64,000 bases of DNA from an uncultured delta proteobacterium (GTDB lineage: Bacteria > Desulfobacterota > Binatia > UBA9968): contig CAWJBB010000062.1 in the NCBI GenBank assembly GCA_963840855.1, positions 64,001 through 128,000 on the forward strand, read 5' to 3'. A program made the position numbers and the translations under genes. Every line of letters begins with the position of its first letter. Position 1 is the stretch's first letter. Positions 9,437-20,898 of this stretch are shown in pieces. The notes under the pieces were generated by a model. That model was not told where the DNA came from. It saw nothing but the letters and a program-made list of their open reading frames with translations, and made no database searches.

Positions 9437-11317
9437 ATGACATCAAGCCAAATAAAAATTTACGACGTAATTGTCGTTGGCGCCGGCCATGCTGGGATCG
9501 AGGCTTGTCTGGCCGCCGCGCGCATGGGATGCGACACTTTGATGCTTACCCTCAATCTTGACCACATCGGCCAGATGTCTTGTAACCCGGCCATCGGTGG
9601 GATTGGCAAGGGGCATCTGGTCAAAGAAATCGACGCGCTCGGTGGCGAGATGGGCCGAGCCATCGATGAAACGGGAATTCAATTTAGAATACTCAATACG
9701 AAAAAAGGGCCGGCCGTTCGAGCTTCACGAGCCCAGGCTGACAAAGCGCTCTATCGGTCACGGATGAAGCGAGTCCTGGAAAACTGCCCCGGCTTGACTT
9801 TGCGGCAGGGAAGCGTCGAAAGGCTGTTGGTGGAAGGAGATCAAGTTAAAGGAGTCGAAACGCAGATCGGCGAATTATTCTTGGGCCGTCGAGTTATATT
9901 GACCACTGGCACATTCCTAAAAGGCCTGATTCATATTGGGGATCGTAATTATTCAGCCGGCAGAGCGGGAGATTTTGCAGTCCAGGGATTGAGCGAATCT
10001 CTCATGAGTTTGGGATTCAAAGTCGGCCGACTCAAAACCGGTACTTGCCCGCGGCTTGATAGCAGGACAATAGATTATTCTCGCTTACAGCCGCAATATG
10101 GGGACAAGGATCCGGTTCCATTTTCATTTTCCAGTGATGGCATCACGCAACGCCAGGTACCTTGTCATATTACTTACACCAATAAGAGCACCCATGAAAT
10201 CATCCAATCCGGGATACATCGTTCGCCTATGTATTCCGGGACCATAAAGAGCCGGGGGCCGCGTTACTGCCCGTCTATCGAGGATAAAATTGTCAGGTTT
10301 GCCGATAAAGAGCGGCATCAAATATTTCTCGAACCGGAGGGGCTGGATACGGTTGAAATTTACCCAAATGGTTTATCGACCAGCTTACCTCTGGATATCC
10401 AGTTGGAGATGGTTCATTCCATCGTCGGGCTGGAGCATGCTGAGATCATGCGTCCCGGGTATGCCATTGAATATGATTACTTCGAGCCGACACAGCTCTA
10501 TCCGTCGCTCGAAACAAAACTAATTAGAGGGCTCTACCACGCTGGACAAATCAACGGGACAACTGGATATGAAGAGGCGGCGGCCCAGGGAATCATGGCT
10601 GGGATCAACTCGGTCTTAAGCCTGAGAAGACAAGACGCTTTGGTGCTATCACGTGACCAAGCGTATATAGGAGTCATGATCGACGACCTGGTAACAAAAG
10701 GCACCGATGCTGAACCCTATAGAATGTTTACGTCGCGGGCCGAATACCGGCTCTTGCTCCGCGAAGATAATGCAGATTTGCGATTGACAGAGATCGGCAA
10801 GGATATCGGCCTGGCCTCTAGCGAAGCGCATCGGCGCCTGTTGGCAAAGAAACAGTCCATTGATGATTTAATGAGATTTTTAGACAAACAGCAAATTACG
10901 CCGACCGAAAAGGCAAATTCCGCATTGACTTCGTTCGCTTCGGCACCGCTCCGCGATGCTATTTCGTTGGCGCGGCTGCTCCGCCGGCCCGAGATTTCCA
11001 TAGAACAAATTCGCATTATCGCGCCAGATATGCCTATTTATGCGCGAGATGTCGATGCCCAGGCGGAAATTCAGATAAAATACGAGGGGTACGTAAACCG
11101 ACAGATGGAAATGGTCGAACGATTTCAAAAAATAGAAAACCTAAAGCTGCCAGACACCCTTGATTACGCGGATATTAATGGGCTGTCCAAAGAGGCGCGT
11201 GAAAAGTTATCGCACATCCGTCCGCGCTCTCTGGGACAGGCTTCGAGGATTTCCGGAATTACTCCAGCTGCAATATCGTTATTGTCGATCTATCTTAAGA
11301 AGCGAAAAAGCGCATAG
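9437..11317 (+). CDS. mnmG: tRNA uridine 5-carboxymethylaminomethyl modification enzyme MnmG (GidA)
   Basis: [59 protein letters not shown]. Confidence 0.98.
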   Translation: MTSSQIKIYDVIVVGAGHAGIEACLAAARMGCDTLMLTLNLDHIGQMSCNPAIGGIGKGHLVKEIDALGGEMGRAIDETGIQFRILNTKKGPAVRASRAQADKALYRSRMKRVLENCPGLTLRQGSVERLLVEGDQVKGVETQIGELFLGRRVILTTGTFLKGLIHIGDRNYSAGRAGDFAVQGLSESLMSLGFKVGRLKTGTCPRLDSRTIDYSRLQPQYGDKDPVPFSFSSDGITQRQVPCHITYTNKSTHEIIQSGIHRSPMYSGTIKSRGPRYCPSIEDKIVRFADKERHQIFLEPEGLDTVEIYPNGLSTSLPLDIQLEMVHSIVGLEHAEIMRPGYAIEYDYFEPTQLYPSLETKLIRGLYHAGQINGTTGYEEAAAQGIMAGINSVLSLRRQDALVLSRDQAYIGVMIDDLVTKGTDAEPYRMFTSRAEYRLLLREDNADLRLTEIGKDIGLASSEAHRRLLAKKQSIDDLMRFLDKQQITPTEKANSALTSFASAPLRDAISLARLLRRPEISIEQIRIIAPDMPIYARDVDAQAEIQIKYEGYVNRQMEMVERFQKIENLKLPDTLDYADINGLSKEAREKLSHIRPRSLGQASRISGITPAAISLLSIYLKKRKSA

Positions 11318-11367
11318 CGGATTTATCATAGCCTAGCTAAGACGCGTAAAATTTTCTCTGCAGTGAA

Positions 11368-11383
11368 CGTTTCACGTGAAACA
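11368..11383. promoter_or_regulatory. parS site
   Basis: CGTTTCACGTGAAACA, 15/16 to consensus, between mnmG and parA. Confidence 0.9.
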
Positions 11384-11474
11384 AAATTTTTTCACTTTCA
11401 TTTCTCAGAGCTCTGTGTTATTAGTCATAGTAAATCGATAAATTATATAACTTATTGATTTTAAAAGGGTTTCA

Positions 11475-12257
11475 TTGACTAATATCATAGCAATCGCAAA
11501 CCAAAAGGGAGGCGTGGGTAAGACCACAACCTCAGTCAATTTGGCTGCATCGCTAGCAATTGAGGGCAAGCGTACTCTCCTCGTCGACGTTGATCCGCAA
11601 GGTAACAGCACCACTGGACTCGGTGTCGACCGTGCCCAGTTAACCCTTAGCCTCTATGATGTGCTCGCCGGCAAGTGCCTTCTCGGAGAGGTTTTGCGCC
11701 AGACAGAGATTCCCCAACTCCTACTTATTCCGTCAACGAAAGATCTCATCGGCGCTGAAATTGAGCTGGTGGCCGCCGAGCGCCGAGAGTTCTGGCTAAA
11801 AGACGCAGTCACGCCGCTGCGCGAATTGTACGATTATATACTGCTCGATTCTGCGCCGTCATTGGGGCTGCTCACCCTGAATGCGCTGACGGCGGCGGAC
11901 TCCCTCTTGGTGCCGATTCAGAGTGAATACTATGCGCTGGAAGGATTGAGCGCATTGTTGGAAACGATGCGCTTGGTGCAAAAGGACCTAAATCCCAGTC
12001 TGCGGCTAGAAGGTATTGTGATTACGATGTTCGACGGCCGCAATCGGCTTTCCCATCAGGTCGTCGAGGAAATCCGCGCGCATTTTCCCGACAAGCTTTA
12101 CCGCACAATCATTCGCCGCAACGTACGATTGAGCGAATCTCCGAGTTACGGCAAGCCGGTCTGCTTATACGATCCAACATCGACGGGAGCGCAAGACTAT
12201 TTTGAACTAGCCAAAGAACTCATGGGTCAAGGAGAACAAAATGGCGGTACAGCCTAA
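11475..12257 (+). CDS. parA: Chromosome partitioning ATPase ParA/Soj
   Basis: [46 protein letters not shown] start. Confidence 0.95.
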   Translation: MTNIIAIANQKGGVGKTTTSVNLAASLAIEGKRTLLVDVDPQGNSTTGLGVDRAQLTLSLYDVLAGKCLLGEVLRQTEIPQLLLIPSTKDLIGAEIELVAAERREFWLKDAVTPLRELYDYILLDSAPSLGLLTLNALTAADSLLVPIQSEYYALEGLSALLETMRLVQKDLNPSLRLEGIVITMFDGRNRLSHQVVEEIRAHFPDKLYRTIIRRNVRLSESPSYGKPVCLYDPTSTGAQDYFELAKELMGQGEQNGGTA

Positions 12258-13122
12258 GGGATTGGGTAGAGGTTTAAGCGCGCTGATTACCAGCGCCACG
12301 GAACCTAAAGCCGAGGCCATAAACGAAAGCCACGGTTTGCGCGTGCGCATCGATCTGATTTCGCCAAGTCCGTTTCAACCGCGCCGCGCCTTCGACGAAG
12401 CCAAGATCGAAGAACTGGCCGCGTCCATCCGTAATCAAGGCATCATTCAACCGCTCGTCATTCGGCGCAAGGAAAACCGCTACGAGTTGATTGCAGGTGA
12501 GCGCCGCTGGCGCGCGGCGATGAAGGCAGGATTAAGTGAAGTTCCCGCGGTCATTCGCGATGCCAGCGATAATGAGGCGTTGCAATTGGCCCTGGTGGAA
12601 AATCTCCAGCGTGAAGACCTGAATCCCATCGAGGAAGCAAGCGGCTACCGGCGCCTCCAAGAAGAGTTTCATTGGAGCCAGGAAGAGACGGCGGACAAAG
12701 TCGGAAAGAGCCGGCCGGCCATCGCCAATTCACTGCGTCTTCTCTCATTACCCGACGAGGTCCAACAAGAAATCGCTCAGGGAAGTCTTCCGGCGGGCCA
12801 AGCCAGAGCCCTCTTGGGCCTTCACTCTGAAGCGCTGATGATCTCGACCTGCCGCGAGGTGATCGCGAAGGGACTTTCGACGCGCGAAACCGAGAAACTG
12901 GTCCGCGCACTCGTCACCGGGCGCCGCCGCCGGCGCCAACTGCCCCTTGTGGATCCCGATCTGCGAGCCATAGTCGAAAACATGCAACGCGCTCTGGGAA
13001 CCCGGGTGCGCCTGTTCCCAAAGGCGCGGTCGACGAAAGGCAAGATCGAGATCGAATATTACTCGCTGCCGGACTTGGAAAGGATCATTCAGACAATCAC
13101 AGCTAGCCAGTCTCGGGCGTGA
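12241..13122 (+). CDS. parB: Chromosome partitioning protein ParB/Spo0J
   Basis: [48 protein letters not shown]. Confidence 0.95.
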   Translation: MAVQPKGLGRGLSALITSATEPKAEAINESHGLRVRIDLISPSPFQPRRAFDEAKIEELAASIRNQGIIQPLVIRRKENRYELIAGERRWRAAMKAGLSEVPAVIRDASDNEALQLALVENLQREDLNPIEEASGYRRLQEEFHWSQEETADKVGKSRPAIANSLRLLSLPDEVQQEIAQGSLPAGQARALLGLHSEALMISTCREVIAKGLSTRETEKLVRALVTGRRRRRQLPLVDPDLRAIVENMQRALGTRVRLFPKARSTKGKIEIEYYSLPDLERIIQTITASQSRA

Positions 13123-13127
13123 AGCCA

Positions 13128-13150
13128 GTTCAAGTTTCAACGTTCAAAGT
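13128..13150 (+). repeat. GTTCAA-type short tandem repeat
   Basis: gttcaag tttcaac gttcaaa. Related arrays at 15342-15390, 18602-18622, 18776-18804 and 47009-47089. Confidence 0.55.
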
Positions 13151-13232
13151 GTCGGATGGTTACGCCTGGCGTTTTGGCACGAAGTTAAGTTGCCGTTCGA
13201 GCCGGATGGCGCGCATCGCGGCTGCAGGCCAC

Positions 13233-15290
13233 TTAAGATTCGAGTAACGGTCTTAGATCATCCCAGGTGGTCACCGGCGCGGAGCAAGTGAAGTTATGGC
13301 AGACATAACCCGTCCCTTGGCCACCGATCTGGCTCTTGCCTTTGAGCAGCGGCGCGATTTCGTCGATTTTCTCGTCTGGTCTTACCAGTTGAACCGTGCT
13401 GTTCGGCAAATAGGTCGAATGAACCCCCTGTAAAATTTCCCTGGTCCTCGGGTCGTCCGATTCTCCCACGATCACAATCTCTTTGGGTTTCCGCAGATAG
13501 AAATCCAAGGCGCCGAGCATATGCGCGAGACCGAAAGGTTGGGCTGCCATGGCGTCATGGTAGGAACGCAGGATAGTTTCGGCTTTCTTCAGATAAGCTT
13601 CCCGGCTGGTGTAATGATAAAGCCGGAGTAAAAGTTGTGCAGCCATCGAATTCCCCGACGGTATCGAGGCGTCAAAGGCCGGCTTGGCGCGGCTGATGAG
13701 CTGTTCATGCGATTTTCCCGTGTAAAAAAAGGCGCCGTCGTCATCGTCCCAAAACTCGCTGACCAGGATGTCAGTAAGCTCGATAGCCTTGGCCAGCAAT
13801 GAACGGTCGAGAGTCGCTTCGAAGAGATCGAGTAAACCGACTGCGAGAAAAGCATAATCATCCAGATAACCGAGAATCTTGGCGACGCCGTCCCTGTACG
13901 TATGGAGCAAATGGCCGTCGCGGAACAGCTTGGAAAAAATAAACTCGACGGTCCGTGTGGCCGCCCGCCGATATTCTTGATTCCCGGAGATCTTGATTGC
14001 TTCGGCCAGGCCGGACAGCGCGAGCCCGTTCCACGCCGTGATGACTTTTTCGTCACGGAACGGCTTGATTCTCTTTTCGCGCTCCGTGAATAATTTTGCC
14101 TTTGCGTCTCCCAACAGCGCCGCGATCTCGTCAACGCCCCGATTAAAGTATTTGCTTGCCTGCTCCAGCGTCAGGATCGGATGGAGAATATTTTTATCCT
14201 CAAAGTTTCCTTGCTCGCTTACATCATAGATGCGGCAGAATATTTCAGCCGCATCTTCGCCGAGAATTCGTCTCACTTCTTGCGGCGTCCAGACGAAGAA
14301 TTTTCCCTCTTCGCCTTCGCTGTCCGCGTCCTGGGTGGAGTAAAAGCCGCCTTGCGGCTGCAACATCTCGCGCAACAGATAGTCGACGGTTTCTTCGACG
14401 ACGCGCTTGAATTGGGGCTCGCCGGTGATTTGATAAACCTGAGCATAGACGCGCACGAGCTGGGCGTTGTCGTAAAGCATTTTCTCAAAATGCGGCACCA
14501 GCCATTTCTCGTCTACGGAGTAGCGGTGAAAGCCGCCGCCCAGGTGATCGTAAATTCCACCCTGGGCCATCTTCGTCAGCGTGTAAGTAATCGTATCGAG
14601 AAAGCGCGGGTTTTTAGATTGATGAAAAGCGCGCAGGAAAAGCTCGTAGACGCCGGCGTTGGGGAACTTCGGCGCCCGGCCAAATCCGCCATGCTCGGAA
14701 TCATGGGCTTGCGCAAGCTGCTCGGCGCCGCGGCTGATGATATCTGGATCAAACGGCCCGGCGCTCTCCGCCGAGCGGGACATGCTCTGTAACCGCGCAA
14801 GGATTTGGCTCACGCTGTTTTCGATATCCTGCGGTTGCTTGTAAAAGGCGTTGGCCACCCCCTGCAAGATCTTCGGAAACCCTGGAACGCTGTAGCGGTC
14901 CTCCGGCGGAAAGTACGTGCCTCCGTAAAACGGCTTGCCCTCGGGGGTAAGGAACATCGTCATCGGCCAGCCGCCCCGGCCGGTCATCATCTGCACCGCG
15001 TTCATGTATATCTCGTCGAGATCGGGGCGTTCTTCGCGGTCGACTTTGATGTTGACGAATAGCTCGTTCATAAGCGCGGCGATTTCCTCGTTCTCGAAGG
15101 ACTCGCGCTCCATGACATGGCACCAATGACACGCAGAGTAACCGATACTGAGGAGAACCGGTTTGTTTTCGCGTTTGGCCTTTTGAAAAGCCTCTTCGCC
15201 CCAGGGGTGCCAGTCGACAGGATTATGGGCATGCTGTAACAAGTACGGACTGGTTTCATGGATCAAACGATTCGTGTGTTTGTATTCCAT
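13233..15290 (-). CDS. Thioredoxin-domain protein, YyaL/SSP411 family
   Basis: [54 protein letters not shown]. Confidence 0.93.
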   Translation of the reverse strand: MEYKHTNRLIHETSPYLLQHAHNPVDWHPWGEEAFQKAKRENKPVLLSIGYSACHWCHVMERESFENEEIAALMNELFVNIKVDREERPDLDEIYMNAVQMMTGRGGWPMTMFLTPEGKPFYGGTYFPPEDRYSVPGFPKILQGVANAFYKQPQDIENSVSQILARLQSMSRSAESAGPFDPDIISRGAEQLAQAHDSEHGGFGRAPKFPNAGVYELFLRAFHQSKNPRFLDTITYTLTKMAQGGIYDHLGGGFHRYSVDEKWLVPHFEKMLYDNAQLVRVYAQVYQITGEPQFKRVVEETVDYLLREMLQPQGGFYSTQDADSEGEEGKFFVWTPQEVRRILGEDAAEIFCRIYDVSEQGNFEDKNILHPILTLEQASKYFNRGVDEIAALLGDAKAKLFTEREKRIKPFRDEKVITAWNGLALSGLAEAIKISGNQEYRRAATRTVEFIFSKLFRDGHLLHTYRDGVAKILGYLDDYAFLAVGLLDLFEATLDRSLLAKAIELTDILVSEFWDDDDGAFFYTGKSHEQLISRAKPAFDASIPSGNSMAAQLLLRLYHYTSREAYLKKAETILRSYHDAMAAQPFGLAHMLGALDFYLRKPKEIVIVGESDDPRTREILQGVHSTYLPNSTVQLVRPDEKIDEIAPLLKGKSQIGGQGTGYVCHNFTCSAPVTTWDDLRPLLES

Positions 15291-15395
15291 CGATTCACGC
15301 TAACACAACCGCTTGAGCACCGAAACCTACTCTCAAACGGAGTTCAAGACGTTCAAGCCGTTCAACACGTTTCGAACGAGTTGAACAACTCGTGA

Positions 15396-16058
15396 TTATG
15401 CGTCGCACTTGGCTTTGAAATGCTCCCAGGCGCGGTCGGTGGAGGCGAGCTTAAACGTCCGCTTGGCGATTCTTTCGGCGTCGTCACGCTCGATGAACAT
15501 CGGCGTTCCAAGCTTCATTGCTTCGGTCTGAAGGCGAGCCGATTCCTCTAGATAAACCGCGAGCATGCAGACTTCGCGAATCGAATGTCCGACCACGACA
15601 GCGCCGTGACCCCGAAGAATCACTGCCTTGGCATTGCCCAGCAACTTGGCCATTTCCCCCGCCCGCGCCGGCGACTCCACCTGCCCGGTTCCCGTATAAA
15701 GCGGTACCCCTTCGTAAAAAATCGCGCTGTAATTATGCATCGGGCGGATGGTTTGCCCGATGACGCTGAGAAGAATCACCGCCGGCGAATGAAAGTGAAA
15801 AACGGCCTTGACGTCGCCGCGGGTCTTGTAAATAGCCTGGTGTATGGACGACTGCGGCACAGGTTTCTCGAAATCCACCACGAACAACTCGTTTGAATTT
15901 ACCAATGCAGGGCTCTTGCGCGGCATGAAAAGCATTGCATCACCGCCATCGGTGCGGGCGCTGAGATGGGCAAAAGCGTCGCTCAAGCCTTCGCAGCTTA
16001 TGATTCGAAGCGCTGTAATGAAGTCGCTTTTCACAGCGGCCATTGATTCTTCAGTCAT
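15396..16058 (-). CDS. Class II aldolase/adducin family protein
   Basis: FAHLSAR, IHQAIYKTRGDVKAVFHFHS, LRGHGAVVVG. Confidence 0.88.
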   Translation of the reverse strand: MTEESMAAVKSDFITALRIISCEGLSDAFAHLSARTDGGDAMLFMPRKSPALVNSNELFVVDFEKPVPQSSIHQAIYKTRGDVKAVFHFHSPAVILLSVIGQTIRPMHNYSAIFYEGVPLYTGTGQVESPARAGEMAKLLGNAKAVILRGHGAVVVGHSIREVCMLAVYLEESARLQTEAMKLGTPMFIERDDAERIAKRTFKLASTDRAWEHFKAKCDA

Positions 16059-16375
16059 GTCTCGATTCTCCTTTCGTCCGCGCCGCTGTCGGCGATCATC
16101 GCCGCGATTTTTACCGTATTCGCGTCCTCGCTGCCGTAGGCGTCGCGGAGCAGATTATGAACTTTATGAAGCAACGCGAGATATTCGCCGCGGATTTCTC
16201 TTCGCACCTCCGGGGCAAGGCAGCCGTAGCCGGCCGCAACGTTGATCAACCAATTGGGCAAATAATTCTTATCGACTTTTTCTTGTGCGTAAAGATACCC
16301 TTCGAGGGAACCGAGGCGCGAGCCGAGGTCGAAAAGCAAGAGATTTGGGGACAGCGATTTGAATTTCTGCATCAC
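16055..16375 (-). CDS. Hypothetical protein (helical, 106 aa)
   Basis: Open frame with 4-nt overlap to the downstream aldolase start. No family recognised. Confidence 0.6.
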   Translation of the reverse strand: MMQKFKSLSPNLLLFDLGSRLGSLEGYLYAQEKVDKNYLPNWLINVAAGYGCLAPEVRREIRGEYLALLHKVHNLLRDAYGSEDANTVKIAAMIADSGADERRIET

Positions 16376-16411
16376 GTAATCACCATTAAAAACAACAGCT
16401 GGAAGAACACT

Positions 16412-16615
16412 TCAGCGTATCTTTAGATCAAAGGCCACCGGCCCTTTCTCGCCTTTTCTGGTTTGAAACTGCACTGTGTCGCCTTCGTTTATGTCTTCGA
16501 TTTGACTGCGCGGCGCGAGGCTGCCGCGGTGAAAGAAAACATCCTCGCTGCCGTCGTCGGGCTTGATGAACCCAAAACCTTTCTGGCGTATGATTTTTCT
16601 TACCGTCCCGGTCAT
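16412..16615 (-). CDS. Cold-shock domain protein
   Basis: MTGTVRK..KGFGFIKPDDGSEDVFFH...GEKGP (RNP1/RNP2). RBS AGGAGG. Confidence 0.92.
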   Translation of the reverse strand: MTGTVRKIIRQKGFGFIKPDDGSEDVFFHRGSLAPRSQIEDINEGDTVQFQTRKGEKGPVAFDLKIR

Positions 16616-16700
16616 ATTCCTAGCCCTCCTGTGATCCTTGACAAGCCGCAGTCCGCTCTCTACCGTGTTCTCTCCAAATACACATACATCCAAAGCCAGC

Positions 16701-17765
16701 TTGAGTTCAATTCTTTACTATATAACCGGCCATGGCTATGGTCACGCGGTCCGTTCCAACCAAGTGATCCGTAGTCTGAAGAAGGCCCGCCCCGATGCCG
16801 ATATCCAGGTTCGCACGACGGCGCCGAAGTGGCTGTTTCCCAAGACAGTTCGCTATTCCCGCCAAGCCATCGATGTCGGCATTGTGCAGCGGGATAGCCT
16901 GGAGATGGACCTCGACGCCACGCTGCAAACTTGCCGGCTAATGCATAAAAATGCCCCGCGGCTCGTCGATAACGAAATTGCCTTTGTCCGCGATCATGAT
17001 GTGCGGCTGATCATCGGCGATATACCGCCCCTTTGTTTTGAGATCGCCGCGCGCGCCGGTGTTCCCTCGGTGGCGATTACAAATTTTACCTGGGACGGCA
17101 TCTATAGCGCCTATCTCAAAGAACATCCGGAATTCGAACCGCTCATCGATGAGATGAAGCAATGGTACGCCAAAGCGACCCTTGCACTCACGCTCCCCTA
17201 TCCCTGCGACATGAATGTATTTCCGCTGCGCGACCCCATTCCTTGGATCGCGCGGGTTTCGGAGTTGCAGAAAAATGAAGCGAGAAAAAAATTTTCTCTA
17301 CCACGACCAGCAACCGTAGTAATGCTGAGTTTCGGCGGCCTGGGCCTTCAGCGCGTGCCGTGGGACCAGCTAAAAGGGATGCGGGATTATGTATTCCTGA
17401 CTACCGCGGATGAGAGAAAGGTTGACGGCAACATCGTGATTTTGTCCGACGCTCAGCGCCATTACGAAGATCTCGTGCGGGCCGTGGATGTCATCGTTAC
17501 GAAGCCAGGGTACGGCATAGTCGCCGACGTTATCGCTCACCAGGTGCCGATGCTCTACACGGATCGTGGTGAGTTTCCCGAGTATCGTAAACTCGTGGAG
17601 GCACTCGACCACTGCGCGATCGCAGGATTCATTTCCCAAACTGAGCTGCTATCGGGAAACCTAGAATCCTACTTGAAGGGGCTCTTGGATAAGTCACCCA
17701 ACTGGCCTGCTGTGGAACTAAACGGCGCACAAGTCGCAGCGGAGAAAATTCTGGCGCTGATGTAG
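16701..17765 (+). CDS. GT-B glycosyltransferase-like protein (resembles the arabinose-kinase N-terminal domain)
   Basis: YYITGHGYGHAVR, IGDIPP, SFGGLG, DVIVTKPGYG, RGEFPE. Confidence 0.75.
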   Translation: MSSILYYITGHGYGHAVRSNQVIRSLKKARPDADIQVRTTAPKWLFPKTVRYSRQAIDVGIVQRDSLEMDLDATLQTCRLMHKNAPRLVDNEIAFVRDHDVRLIIGDIPPLCFEIAARAGVPSVAITNFTWDGIYSAYLKEHPEFEPLIDEMKQWYAKATLALTLPYPCDMNVFPLRDPIPWIARVSELQKNEARKKFSLPRPATVVMLSFGGLGLQRVPWDQLKGMRDYVFLTTADERKVDGNIVILSDAQRHYEDLVRAVDVIVTKPGYGIVADVIAHQVPMLYTDRGEFPEYRKLVEALDHCAIAGFISQTELLSGNLESYLKGLLDKSPNWPAVELNGAQVAAEKILALM

Positions 17766-17777
17766 TACCGCCCGGCT

Positions 17778-18593
17778 TCAGCGATTTCCTATTGGCTCCA
17801 ACCCGCTATTCGTGATGGCGTGGGCCGCCTCCGGCGAGGCGAGAAATTTGATCAGCGCGTGAGCCGCATCCGAATCCCTGGTACTCAGGGCGACGCCGGC
17901 CGAGAACATAGAGACTTTCTGCACTTCCGGCGGCAGCGGTGTCACATGAGCTATGCCGGGCACGGGAAGTAACTCGCTGATCTGCTGGAAGCCGATTTCC
18001 GCCTCTCCCCGTGCGACCACGGCGCCAACTCGCTCACCACCTTCGATGCGCCGGCTTTTGCTTACCACCTGGTCGGCTATTCCCAGGCGCTGAAGCAGCT
18101 CGGTGGAGACGTAGTCGCCGCTTACGCTGGCGGAGTACGCGATGGATTTCGCTTGCAAAAGTGTGCGTTTCAACGTGTCGACCGTGCTGATGTCCGGCTT
18201 GGGGGCTCCTGCCCGCACCGCCATACCGATGGCTGAGCGTGCGAGGGGAGTATAACTTTCGGCCATGATCAGGCCGTCCTTGATGAATCCGACAAGTACG
18301 CTGTCCGCTACAATGACAACGTCAACGGGTTCACCCTGTCGCAGGCGATTCGGGATGGAGGTCTCCCCCGTCCCTATGGACGTTGCGGCGGTCACGAGTT
18401 TTTTCTTCGTAAGGAGTTCGAGTCGAGGAATCAGTTCAAGATATGCCGCGGTAAAAGCGCCTGAGGTCATGACCCGAATGTCATCTGGCATCGTATTCAT
18501 GGTTGTCTTAATCTCGTCAGCCGTACGCTGCTGGAGGTGATCATCGCGATTGCCTATTATCTCTAAAACCTGCGAGCTATCAAGATGTCGCAA
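17778..18593 (-). CDS. ModA-like substrate-binding protein
   Basis: VMTSGAF, IGMAVRAGAPKPDIST, SIAYSASVSG, GEAEIGFQQISEL. True start probably downstream, near 18502. Confidence 0.8.
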   Translation of the reverse strand: MRHLDSSQVLEIIGNRDDHLQQRTADEIKTTMNTMPDDIRVMTSGAFTAAYLELIPRLELLTKKKLVTAATSIGTGETSIPNRLRQGEPVDVVIVADSVLVGFIKDGLIMAESYTPLARSAIGMAVRAGAPKPDISTVDTLKRTLLQAKSIAYSASVSGDYVSTELLQRLGIADQVVSKSRRIEGGERVGAVVARGEAEIGFQQISELLPVPGIAHVTPLPPEVQKVSMFSAGVALSTRDSDAAHALIKFLASPEAAHAITNSGLEPIGNR

Positions 18594-18845
18594 AGGTCAA
18601 TGTTCAACGTTCAAAGTTGAAGTCCGAAGACGCGGAGCTTGAATAGCGCAAGGTGTTTGATTAAACGACCAACAGCGTATAGACGAACACGATTCACGAA
18701 CACGATAACGATGGCGCGACGACGAGCGATGGCTGGCGGTTGTTACTCAGTCTCCTGTGATGTCTCGGGTTTGACTTGAACTTTTGAACCCTTGAACTTT
18801 GAACGATTTTGTTCACATTTAGTGTGAAGAATTGGAGATAATCCC

Positions 18846-19910
18846 ATGCCAGTGATTGATGCCGATACGCATGTCGACGAGTCCGAAGCCACTTGGGAGA
18901 AGTTGGAAGGCACTCCGTTCGCGAAGTACATACCGGTTACGGTTACATTGCCGCCCGATGAGGCTAAACGTGCCGGTTATAACGCGACGAACCGCCGCTG
19001 CTGGTTGGTTGAAGGCAGGTTACAGAACCGTGCCATCCGAGATGAAGTCAACCATCCTCCCCGGATCCGGCGAGAGCTTGAGGACGTGCTGGGCCGACTC
19101 GCCCACATGGACAAGATGGGCGTTGGAGTACAGGTCATCTTCCCGACCTTCTTCATCCGCTACAATACCAGCAACGCAGAAGCCGAATGGGCCCTGACGA
19201 CTACCTACAACCGCTGGCTTGCCGCGAAATGTGCGGAGACAAACGGCCGGTTACGCTGGGCAGCTGTGCTGCCGCTGCTTCGTCCCGACAAGGCTGTCGA
19301 GGAGCTGCGTTGGGCGAAGGAGCACGGCGCCTGCGGTATCTTCAAGCGCGGATTCGACCTAGACCGGAAGGTCACCGACCCGCACTTTTTTCCAATTTAC
19401 GAGGAGGCCGGCGCGCTCGATCTGCCTCTGTGTATTCACACCGGTCATCCGCTGCCTGGCCACGAATGGGACAGGGGTTTCCCCATCATGTACTCCTTCA
19501 CCGAGCTGGTGACCTCCGGTCTTCCGAAGAAGTTCCCGAAGCTTCGGTTTGGGCTCATTGAGTCGGGGGCCTCCTGGATTCCCTATACGATCTCTCAATT
19601 GGGAGCGGTAAAACGCCAAATGCTGCGAGGTAAACAGACTCGATTGCCCCGCCTGTTTGAACTGGAACCGGAATTGTTCCGCGCCAACCGGCTATTCGTC
19701 ACCATCGACCCGATTGACGACATCGAGTCTCTATTGAAGTTCGGAACTGAAGACAACCTGATGATCGGCACCGACTACAGCCATACCGACATCTCTGCCA
19801 ACCTGAGCGCGCTGGACGAAGTCCGCAGCTGGGTGGATGAGGGCAGAATCAGCAAGGCCCAGGCCCACAAGATTCTCGAGAGCAACTCCCAGGTGTTCTA
19901 CGGCCTGTAA
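18846..19910 (+). CDS. Amidohydrolase family protein (Amidohydro_2)
   Basis: VIDADTHV, MDKMGVGVQVIFPT, IHTG, GTDYSH. Paralog of 3613-4704. Confidence 0.9.
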   Translation: MPVIDADTHVDESEATWEKLEGTPFAKYIPVTVTLPPDEAKRAGYNATNRRCWLVEGRLQNRAIRDEVNHPPRIRRELEDVLGRLAHMDKMGVGVQVIFPTFFIRYNTSNAEAEWALTTTYNRWLAAKCAETNGRLRWAAVLPLLRPDKAVEELRWAKEHGACGIFKRGFDLDRKVTDPHFFPIYEEAGALDLPLCIHTGHPLPGHEWDRGFPIMYSFTELVTSGLPKKFPKLRFGLIESGASWIPYTISQLGAVKRQMLRGKQTRLPRLFELEPELFRANRLFVTIDPIDDIESLLKFGTEDNLMIGTDYSHTDISANLSALDEVRSWVDEGRISKAQAHKILESNSQVFYGL

Positions 19911-20066
19911 AAAAGGTGCGCCGGCCGCGGGCCGCGCGCCGATTCAAGGCTTCTTGCTGCGGGCGGGTAGCAAATTAGAATCGACAGCGGAAATTATCAT
20001 TGATATCGAGGAGTGTGATCGAGTCGAACAAAATAGCTCAAAACTCAGGCATGAACCTTGTTGTCG

Positions 20067-20498
20067 TCATCTTCTCACCGAGAGACGCCAGCAGCGGCGA
20101 CAATGGCGGGCGCCGAAAGCTTTGCGGCCACCGCACGCCGTGCAACTGTAGGCGCGGGGATTTTTTCTGCTCTTCTCAACCGACCTGAGCGGGCTGAGAG
20201 CCAACCGTAATTCGCGCACTTCTTTTTCGCCCGCGCGCTCGGGGCACTCGCGGTCACGCCGCAGCCAGGGCCAGAAAAACGGCACATTCCCGGGCTTCGT
20301 GATCGTTATAGTCCTTAACTGCCGGAGGCTTCCGCAGCCAAACTCTTTTTGCATCTCGGCGCACTTCATGAGGGCCATACCGCTCATCTTCATGGGGCAC
20401 CAAACCATTCCCGTCGGGTAACTCCACTCCTCCTGGGCAATCCGTTCGACAGCGCCCAGTCTCTTCCACACTTGAGCTTTTCTGATTACACCGGCCAT
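20067..20498 (-). CDS. Hypothetical Cys-rich protein with C-terminal CxxC-x10-CxxC
   Basis: CTACGGRKAFGARHCRRC plus four more Cys. No family recognised. Confidence 0.55.
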   Translation of the reverse strand: MAGVIRKAQVWKRLGAVERIAQEEWSYPTGMVWCPMKMSGMALMKCAEMQKEFGCGSLRQLRTITITKPGNVPFFWPWLRRDRECPERAGEKEVRELRLALSPLRSVEKSRKNPRAYSCTACGGRKAFGARHCRRCWRLSVRR

Positions 20499-20805
20499 TT
20501 TTCAAAAAACTTTCTTTCAACTCAGTATGCGTAAAATTTTCGAGATCGCAAGCCAGAAAAAAACGCGAAAAAGCGCGAACGCTGGGCCGGTGCATCGCCG
20601 AGGCTCAGGTCTGACACTCGGTGAGCCGAGTTACTGCGTTGCTGCACCATAAGACCTGACCGTGACAACTCAAAACGTACGCAGGACAGGGATGGACATA
20701 CGCCGCCAGATGGGCTAGTAAGGGTTCAAATTACTTGGCTGTTCCTCGATCTTCCTCGGGGCGGTGAGTTGATCGAACTGTAGGATGGAAACCGGAGGAT
20801 CTTCT

Positions 20806-20891
20806 CCGGGATAGGCATGAGACTCTTCCCACAGACCCAGGTGTTGAAGGATTTTTGATTACTTCTGATTGATCGACAAAAAGATAAGGCG
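20806..20891 (-). pseudogene. IS91-like transposase C-terminal remnant
   Basis: Allowing two small indels it reads RLIF-VDQSEVI-KILQHLGLWEESHA, resembling the IS91-type tail MRIISFI..PEVIKKILQHLGLW (recalled consensus). Confidence 0.5.
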
Positions 20892-20898
20892 GTCTCTT

